From a virus (lineage: Duplodnaviria > Caudoviricetes): a stretch of 42,834 nucleotides of DNA. The DNA lies in the IMG/VR virus record IMGVR_UViG_3300037482_000218, positions 1 to 42,834 of that record; one strand, written 5' to 3'. A program made the position numbers and the translations under genes. The notes beneath the pieces were generated by a model. That model saw only the letters and a program-made list of their open reading frames with translations. It searched no databases and had not been told where the DNA came from. Each line of letters starts with the position of its first letter. Positions within the stretch are counted from its first letter, which is position 1. Shown piece by piece: positions 37,558 through 42,834 of the stretch.

Positions 37558-37761
37558 ATGGCATATGTCTGGCTGGAGAACCGAAAGACGGAGGAAATAC
37601 ACCGCGCGTGGACCGTGGACGGCGCACGGCTAACCGGAGAGGCTTGCAACCTGGACGCCGCCGACGAGCACGAGATCACAGAAGAGGAGGCACTGGCCAA
37701 AGTCGGTGAGAAGCCGAGCCGGGCCTGCGGCCATTGTCTAGCGAAGGGAGAAGCGGAATGA
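37558..37761 (+). CDS. Hypothetical protein
   Basis: GGAGG RBS; EACNLD...ACGHC. Confidence 0.6.
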   Translation: MAYVWLENRKTEEIHRAWTVDGARLTGEACNLDAADEHEITEEEALAKVGEKPSRACGHCLAKGEAE

Positions 37762-37976
37762 TTAGGGACTTGACGGGCTCCGGCGGCGAGACGCCCATCC
37801 AGGACGGCTCCGCGCGCGGCATCATCGCAATGGCGCTGACGGCAGGGCTGGCGTTTGTGGGCGATCACTGGAGCGGGCTATCGGACGCGGACCTGGTGAC
37901 GCTGGGGCCGGTGGTGGTCGGGCTCAGCTTCTTCATCGGCGGCGTGTACGACCGGTTCATCGGCAAGAAGCTGTAG
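37758..37976 (+). CDS. Putative holin (two TM segments)
   Basis: Two hydrophobic stretches, basic C-terminus, after endolysin. Confidence 0.6.
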   Translation: MIRDLTGSGGETPIQDGSARGIIAMALTAGLAFVGDHWSGLSDADLVTLGPVVVGLSFFIGGVYDRFIGKKL

Positions 37977-37987
37977 TAGACTAGGGG

Positions 37988-38062
37988 CGCGTCGTAGAGC
38001 AGTGGTAGCTCGCCGGGCTCATAACTCGGAGGTCGCGGGTTCGAATCCCGCCGGCGCTACCA
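37988..38062 (+). tRNA. Initiator tRNA-fMet (CAU)
   Basis: Full cloverleaf; C1-U72 mismatch, A11-U24, CTCATAA loop, TTCGAAT, encoded ACCA. Confidence 0.92.
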
Positions 38063-38084
38063 TTATACTAGGGGCTTGGCGGCG

Positions 38085-38156
38085 GCCCCACTAGCTCAAC
38101 GGTAGAGCACTGGCCGTATCAGCCAGCGGTTCCCGGTTCGAATCCGGGGTGGGGCG
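38085..38156 (+). tRNA. tRNA-like gene with aberrant anticodon loop (nominal UAU)
   Basis: Perfect stems GCCCCAC/GTGGGGC, GCTC/GAGC, CTGGC/GCCAG, CCCGG/CCGGG; loop CGTATCA; no CCA. Confidence 0.8.
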
Positions 38157-38181
38157 TAAGTCCGCCGGACACTTGACGGCG

Positions 38182-38391
38182 CTATCGCCAGAGTTTCGAA
38201 GCCTCGATCAGGATGGCCGCCTCCCTGCCCGTCACGGTTGGAATGCGGCGCTTTAGCATGGCGACGGAGAGCGTCGCCGGGTGCTCGACGCGGAGCGCGC
38301 AGGCCGTCTTGAGGAGACAGACGGCGCAGAGGTGTCCTTTGCCGTCGCAGATGCAATCGAGAGGCTGGTGTGGGCGCTTCATGATGGTCAC
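38182..38391 (-). CDS. Small protein: Cys/His zinc motif plus FtsK-gamma-like helical domain
   Basis: CICDGKGHLCAVC, then LLKTACALRVEH...SVAMLKRR...AAILIE; GGGGGA RBS. Confidence 0.55.
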   Translation of the reverse strand: MTIMKRPHQPLDCICDGKGHLCAVCLLKTACALRVEHPATLSVAMLKRRIPTVTGREAAILIEASKLWR

Positions 38392-38430
38392 GACGGGCGC
38401 TCCCCCTTCGCGCGTTGCATGTGGCCGGTG

Positions 38431-38524
38431 TTATGTGAACGTTGACGATAACATGAAACCTATATATGTTATGTAAACCCCGACGTTTAGGCCGCTAGAT
38501 AGCGGATGCGAGGTTATGTCGACA
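38431..38524. other. Cluster of dif-like Xer arms (candidate attP)
   Basis: TTATGTGAACG 38431, TTATGTAAACC 38469 (preceded by TATATG), TTATGTCGACA 38514; GTTGACGATAA 38441. Confidence 0.45.
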
Positions 38525-38526
38525 AG

Positions 38527-38772
38527 CTAGTGCGAACCGGATTCTATTTCCTTGACGAGCTTCCAAAGGGGCTGGTGGCGGGCGCGCGCGATCTTACGGA
38601 GGTTGTCGAGCCGAGGCTCTTCCTCGCCCTTAGCCATGTTATGCAACGTGGCTTGGGGCATCCCTACCGCTCGCGCTGCTGCGTTGATGCTGCCGTGCTC
38701 CTTCTTTAGCTCCTCAATTACTTTGAGGAGTCCGGTCATATCAACTAAGCAGTCTAAAGTTTGAGTCGCCAT
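38527..38772 (-). CDS. XRE-family HTH repressor
   Basis: SINAAARAVGMPQATLHNMAKGEEEPRLDNLRKIA. Confidence 0.85.
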   Translation of the reverse strand: MATQTLDCLVDMTGLLKVIEELKKEHGSINAAARAVGMPQATLHNMAKGEEEPRLDNLRKIARARHQPLWKLVKEIESGSH

Positions 38773-38893
38773 TAGTCAACAAATAATATCACACTTTCTA
38801 GACAGATTGACACGTTATGGGCCGTTTTGGTATTGACTTGATTTAGCGTGGGCGTCTAGAATCCTAGTCGCACAAAGTAGACTAGGAGGCCAG
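38773..38893. promoter_or_regulatory. Divergent promoter/operator region
   Basis: Rightward TTGACT-18-TAGAAT (38833-38862); leftward TGaTATTAT near repressor start; inverted TCTAGAC/GTCTAGA and CTAGTC/GACTAG. Confidence 0.65.
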
Positions 38894-39067
38894 ATGGCGC
38901 GACGCACCCTCTACCCCGAAGGCAGCAAGCAACTGAACGTGATTCTCCCTGCCTCTCTCAAGGACGAGATCGACCGGCAGGCCCAGGCCGAGCAGATTCC
39001 CACTTCAACGCTCGTCGTCCGCATTCTCAGCAAGGCGATGGCGGAAGCGGTGCCCGTTCATGCGTGA
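38894..39067 (+). CDS. Ribbon-helix-helix (Arc/CopG-like) regulator
   Basis: AGGAGG RBS; KQLNVILPASLKDEIDRQAQAEQIPTSTLVVRIL; not in ORF track. Confidence 0.8.
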   Translation: MARRTLYPEGSKQLNVILPASLKDEIDRQAQAEQIPTSTLVVRILSKAMAEAVPVHA

Positions 39068-39320
39068 GTCCGCACGAATGGAGTGGGGCTATCACATCGC
39101 CCCAGAGAAGGCGCGCGCTCAAAGCGCGGCTAGGGCAGCGCGGCGACAGGGAGCGATTGTCGCTCCTGCCAGCTGTGAGACCTGCCGTGCCGACCGGCGT
39201 CTCGTGGCCCATCACGATGATTACAGCAAACCGCTGGATGTGCGCTTCCTCTGCCACGCCTGCCACAGCCAATTTCACAAGCGCCTCCCACGTCCCGTAA
39301 TCCCTGGTGCTTCCGCATGA
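39060..39320 (+). CDS. Small HNH-like protein
   Basis: CETC...AHHDDYSKPLDVRFLCHACHSQFH. Confidence 0.75.
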   Translation: MRESARMEWGYHIAPEKARAQSAARAARRQGAIVAPASCETCRADRRLVAHHDDYSKPLDVRFLCHACHSQFHKRLPRPVIPGASA

Positions 39321-39490
39321 CGGCCATCCCCGACCCGACCATCGAGATCGAGATCGACCAGTACGGCCTTGCCGTCGCGCCCTGTACCCGACCCGGCTGC
39401 ACCGAAAAGCGGCCCCACATCCACAAGGACACTCTTCCTAAATACACCGGCCCGCACTTGATCGAGGACGACAATGACCGCCCTCATTGA
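39317..39490 (+). CDS. Hypothetical protein
   Basis: ATGA coupling; CTRPGC...PHIH. Confidence 0.45.
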   Translation: MTAIPDPTIEIEIDQYGLAVAPCTRPGCTEKRPHIHKDTLPKYTGPHLIEDDNDRPH

Positions 39491-39782
39491 GCGCCACGCG
39501 GCCCGTCTCCGCGCCCACGAAGCCGGAGAACACGAGGCGGAGATCAACTCCCGCTGTCCGGCGTGCTCACTGGTGATGCAGGCTGACGGCCAGCTCAGGC
39601 GCTTAGAGGCGAAGACGCGCGGCGAGCTGTGGGAGGCGCACTCGTGGGGCTGTCACGCGAATACCGCTGTACCGAAGTGCCTGATCTGCGGCAACGTGCT
39701 GCACATCGCGCTCGCTGGCCTGTCGAAGGCGCTGTATCCGCCCGCCTCGCGGCGGGCTATTCCGCGCGGTTTCACCAGATGA
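39474..39782 (+). CDS. Hypothetical Cys/His protein
   Basis: GAGG RBS; CPAC, CLIC. Confidence 0.55.
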   Translation: MTALIERHAARLRAHEAGEHEAEINSRCPACSLVMQADGQLRRLEAKTRGELWEAHSWGCHANTAVPKCLICGNVLHIALAGLSKALYPPASRRAIPRGFTR

Positions 39783-40210
39783 CCCTGAACAGCGGCCTGT
39801 TCACATCGGCTCGCGGAGATTGGCGCACGCCACAAGCGCTATTTGCTGACCTCAATGACGAGTTCCGCTTCACCCTTGACGCCTGCGCCACACCGGACAA
39901 TGCGCTGATTCCGCGCTTCTTCTCACCCGAAGAGGACGCGCTCTCGCAGGACTGGGAAGGCGTCGTCTACTGCAACCCGCCCTATGGCCGCGAGATCTCG
40001 CGGTGGACGCACAAAGCACGCACGGAAGCCGAGAGGGGCGCTACGGTGGTGTGCCTGCTTCCCTCGCGGACGGATACCCGCTGGTGGCACGAGGACGTAA
40101 TGCAGGCGTCAGAGATTCGGTTCCTGAGGGGCCGCTTGCATTTTGATGAGAGCGGGAATCGTGCGCCGTTCCCATCAGCAATCGCAATCTTTCGAGGTTT
40201 CACACGATGA
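39779..40210 (+). CDS. Phage DNA N6-adenine methyltransferase (phage Dam family)
   Basis: WRTPQ, FTLDACA..DNA, YCNPPYG, LLPSRTDTRWW, FLRGRL.F. Confidence 0.92.
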   Translation: MTLNSGLFTSARGDWRTPQALFADLNDEFRFTLDACATPDNALIPRFFSPEEDALSQDWEGVVYCNPPYGREISRWTHKARTEAERGATVVCLLPSRTDTRWWHEDVMQASEIRFLRGRLHFDESGNRAPFPSAIAIFRGFTR

Positions 40211-40218
40211 CTCCGCTT

Positions 40219-40570
40219 CCCTCCGCCTGCGCCGCACCCCCCACAGACGCAGGTTCCTTCCTCCCCGGAAGGCCGCTGGGCGCTCAACACTTTGGTTGGG
40301 CGCAGGCGGAGGGCGGCATGGAGTCGCCTGAGATGACCTACAGTTCCCACCGCCTGTCGCCCAGCTATTGCTGCGGGCATGACCTCCCCCAGGAGCTTCC
40401 TCCTTCCGAGGGTTGGGCGCAGGCGGTGAGCGCTGTAGTGGCGCTCAGCCTCCCCCGTGGCTGGCGGAGGGTTCAGCCGGGCAGCCCGCCCCCTCGCAGG
40501 ATGGTGGTTCATATCACAGGGCTGCCCGGCCTAAAGACGCAAAAGAAATAGGCCCGGCGCTGACCGGGCC
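40219..40570 (+). ncRNA. Candidate structured RNA: tandem long hairpins enclosing CCUCCCC
   Basis: 15-bp perfect inverted repeat 40219-40233/40299-40313; second stem 40348-40365/40412-40428; final hairpin 40551-40570. Confidence 0.4.
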
Positions 40571-40583
40571 AGTAAGGAGCGGA

Positions 40584-40868
40584 ATGACTAACGCATCCCG
40601 TCCTCATCCTGAGGATACCGCAATCAGAGAGGACCTTGCCGCACTGTCCGCCGAACGCACACTCACCGCTCTTGAACTCCAGGCCCAGCAGAAGGGGCGG
40701 GCCTGGTACTGGCTGCGCGAGCCGGGCTGGGTGGGCGTCGAGTCCGCCACGGCGGACGACATCCCGGAGCGGCTGGACTACGTTCAGGCGGACGGCCGGG
40801 GCAACCTGAGCATCGTCACGCGGGAGGCCGTGCTGGACGCCATCGCGGAGCACAAGAGGCGGCTATGA
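40584..40868 (+). CDS. Hypothetical protein
   Basis: AAGGAG RBS. Confidence 0.65.
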   Translation: MTNASRPHPEDTAIREDLAALSAERTLTALELQAQQKGRAWYWLREPGWVGVESATADDIPERLDYVQADGRGNLSIVTREAVLDAIAEHKRRL

Positions 40869-41080
40869 CTATCTCTGCTGAACAGTGCGGAGACCTGATT
40901 GGTCACTGCTGGCGCACGCAGAAGAGTGAATGGTGGCGTGGTGATCCCCCGAATGCTGTTGGTTATTCAAACCTCACTGAGCGGGAGACTCGGCGCTCGT
41001 GCCGCCACTGCGGCCTTGTCCAAGTTTGGAAGCAGGGGCCGTGGGAGTCTCACCACGAGGAAAGCGAAGTCCAGCCGTGA
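40865..41080 (+). CDS. Small Cys/His protein (DUF1660-like)
   Basis: CGDLIGHCW...RSCRHCG. Confidence 0.55.
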   Translation: MTISAEQCGDLIGHCWRTQKSEWWRGDPPNAVGYSNLTERETRRSCRHCGLVQVWKQGPWESHHEESEVQP

Positions 41081-41189
41081 ACACCGCTACCTGGTTCATG
41101 GCCCTGCTCGCTATCCCTGCCTACCTGGTCGCGCTGGGGGTGGTGCCGTGGTAAGCGAAGCACCGCCGCGTGAAGGACTGCCACCGTGT

Positions 41190-41450
41190 ATGACGGTAAC
41201 AATCTACGACGGCCGCTTTGCCCGGCTATTGGACATCCACGCTTGTGATGGCCGTCATGAGCCGCCTAGATATGAGGTCGTCTTCGGCAAAGTCGGAGAC
41301 TGGCGACCATCCACCGCGCATCCGGGCTATAGCACGCACGGTGTATTTGACGTCTGCGTCCTCATCGATGCCGACGACGAAGCCGAAGCCGAAGCCGCCT
41401 ACGCCCGCGCACAGGAGTGGGTGTTGCATGAAGTCTTGCCAAATGACTGA
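41190..41450 (+). CDS. Hypothetical protein
   Basis: C-terminal part of track ORF 40899-41450. Confidence 0.5.
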   Translation: MTVTIYDGRFARLLDIHACDGRHEPPRYEVVFGKVGDWRPSTAHPGYSTHGVFDVCVLIDADDEAEAEAAYARAQEWVLHEVLPND

Positions 41451-41646
41451 GTACGAAGGCCTCTCCCGCACGGAATACAACCGCCGCGAGGCGCACTACG
41501 ACGAACAGGAACGGATCGGCCCCTGCCCGGAGTGCGGCGAGACGGACTGGGACGATGAGGAGTACCTGTATGGCGACGACGCCGACGGAAACAGGGGCGA
41601 GTGGCGGCACAACTATATCTGCCGGAGGTGCGGTCATGAACTCTAA
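41443..41646 (+). CDS. Acidic zinc-ribbon protein
   Basis: CPECG...YGDDADGNRG...CRRCG. Confidence 0.65.
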   Translation: MTEYEGLSRTEYNRREAHYDEQERIGPCPECGETDWDDEEYLYGDDADGNRGEWRHNYICRRCGHEL

Positions 41647-42043
41647 GCTACCCCCGGAGGCCGAGGGCATGGCTGTAAAGGAGTATCTGGTCATCGAGGC
41701 ATCAGGTTCCTTTGATGCCACAAACCAGCTCAACGAGGCTCAGCGGCTAGGCTATGGTCTTCACTCGTTCCAGTTTCAGTATGACGATCACGCACACGGG
41801 GCGATGTACGTCTTTGTCATGGAGCGCATCCTCGCCGAGACGCCGGAGCCGAGCGACTACGCTACCGCGCACGCCTATTGCGACCCGTTTTTCCATCGCG
41901 GAGAGTCAGACTTCGATCCGCTGAAGGCGTGGTTGCGCAATAATGCTGGCCATCACGTTCTTTGTTCCGTGAGTACCCGCGACAAGCCTGAAGACGAATG
42001 CACCTGCGGTCTCACCGGCGCCCTGAAAGCAGCGGGGCTATGA
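41636..42043 (+). CDS. Hypothetical protein; mosaic paralogue of 197-589
   Basis: GGAGG RBS; shared blocks. Confidence 0.7.
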   Translation: MNSKLPPEAEGMAVKEYLVIEASGSFDATNQLNEAQRLGYGLHSFQFQYDDHAHGAMYVFVMERILAETPEPSDYATAHAYCDPFFHRGESDFDPLKAWLRNNAGHHVLCSVSTRDKPEDECTCGLTGALKAAGL

Positions 42044-42261
42044 ATACCGCTGTATACCACGAACACTACTTCTACTCCAAGGTGACCCGCTCAGGCCGTG
42101 TCAGCGTCCACCCGGTGGTCCAGAGACACGACTACGTGCGCGGCTGGCCTGATGACCGGGAGTGGCACCCCAGCGCCGACAGGCACGGCCCTGAGCCTTG
42201 CACGCTGGAGACGCTGCTGGCGGCCAGCGTGGCGCGGGAGAAAGAGAGACAGGAAGCATGA
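42040..42261 (+). CDS. Hypothetical protein
   Basis: ATGA coupling. Confidence 0.55.
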   Translation: MNTAVYHEHYFYSKVTRSGRVSVHPVVQRHDYVRGWPDDREWHPSADRHGPEPCTLETLLAASVAREKERQEA

Positions 42262-42566
42262 GCTGCTACATCTGCCCGTGTGCGATTTGCCCGGACTGCG
42301 GGCCTGACCCTGATTTTGACCCGGACGACAAGCACCCAGAGGACGGGATAGCGGTCTGTCATCAGAAGTGGATGACTGTTGATGGTGAACAGCACGGTCA
42401 TCTGGAGTATTGGGTTCACGTCGGTCCTTACATGGACGGGCGGCACATCAAAAGCGTTGAGGAAGAGCAAGCCTGGGCGGCATGGGATATATGGCTGTCA
42501 AGGCGCATCCCAACTCAAGCTGAACTACAAGAGCTAATCGACCTCGGTAAAGGAGTATCAAAGTGA
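42258..42566 (+). CDS. Hypothetical Cys-rich protein
   Basis: MSCYICPCAICPDCG; ATGA coupling. Confidence 0.55.
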   Translation: MSCYICPCAICPDCGPDPDFDPDDKHPEDGIAVCHQKWMTVDGEQHGHLEYWVHVGPYMDGRHIKSVEEEQAWAAWDIWLSRRIPTQAELQELIDLGKGVSK

Positions 42567-42834
42567 GCGACGACCGGGACATACAGATCGCGCGGGCCGT
42601 TGCACTCAAGGCGGCGGTAGACTACCTGGCCGGGAAGACGTCGGGTCAGCTGACCGTCGAAGAGCAAGCCGAGCGCTTCGAGCGCTGGCTGCTGCGGGGG
42701 TTATCTGCCTCGGAGGATATTCCCTTCGATGACGAGCCACCGGCTGCTGCGCCCCTGTGTAAGTGCGGGACGCCGATGGAATACTTCAGCGGCGCCAACG
42801 CCAATGGCGATGAGTACGCTGGCTATCGCTGCCC
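42563..42834 (+). CDS. 114-aa protein spanning the junction (42563-42707 joined to 1-200), with an internal EDIPF motif and a C-terminal Cys zinc-ribbon-like segment
   Basis: GTG after AAGGAG; MSDDRDIQIARAVALKAAVDY...EDIPFDDEP...CKCGTPM...YAGYRCPN; stop at 198-200 overlaps next ATG (ATGA); not in ORF track. Confidence 0.75.
   Translation, partial: MSDDRDIQIARAVALKAAVDYLAGKTSGQLTVEEQAERFERWLLRGLSASEDIPFDDEPPAAAPLCKCGTPMEYFSGANANGDEYAGYRC
42708..42834. repeat. Direct terminal repeat, copy 2
   Basis: Identical to 1-127. Confidence 0.95.

Larger units (their letters stand above)
1..42707. mobile_element. Complete tailed-phage genome, podovirus-like, probably temperate
   Basis: TerL, portal, capsid, endolysin, XRE repressor present; circular overlap; no tape measure or sheath recognised. 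Confidence 0.9.

Noticed and set aside
37988-38156. tRNA as attP for an integrase
   Set aside because: Both are full-length genes and no tyrosine or serine integrase is recognisable

Overview
This window is an apparently complete, circularly assembled genome (about 42.7 kb, GC-rich) of a tailed phage. The first 127 nt are repeated at the end. It looks podovirus-like because no tape measure, sheath or tail tube gene is recognisable. Modules: (1) a rightward early/replication operon across the junction (RHH regulator, HNHs, phage N6-adenine MTase, HNH-LmbU-like fusion, DnaA-domain-IV fusion, HTH initiator with iterons, secreted SLT-like enzyme, RuvC-like resolvase, sigma-region-4-like activator); (2) a short leftward cassette including DUF3560; (3) packaging and virion genes (TerS, TerL, portal, probable ejection proteins, scaffold, capsid, adaptor, a very large nozzle-like protein, tail fibre); (4) lysis (amidase endolysin, holin candidates); (5) two tRNA genes and an XRE/RHH genetic switch. 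No integrase, ParA, polymerase, helicase or primase was recognised. The strongest candidate for a new system sits next to the repressor: a small FtsK-gamma-like protein beside a cluster of XerC/XerD (dif)-like arms, suggesting lysogeny through the host XerCD recombinases with a phage-encoded activator. A Chloroflexota (Dehalococcoidia) host is tentatively inferred. All family calls come from motif recognition by eye; no searches were run.
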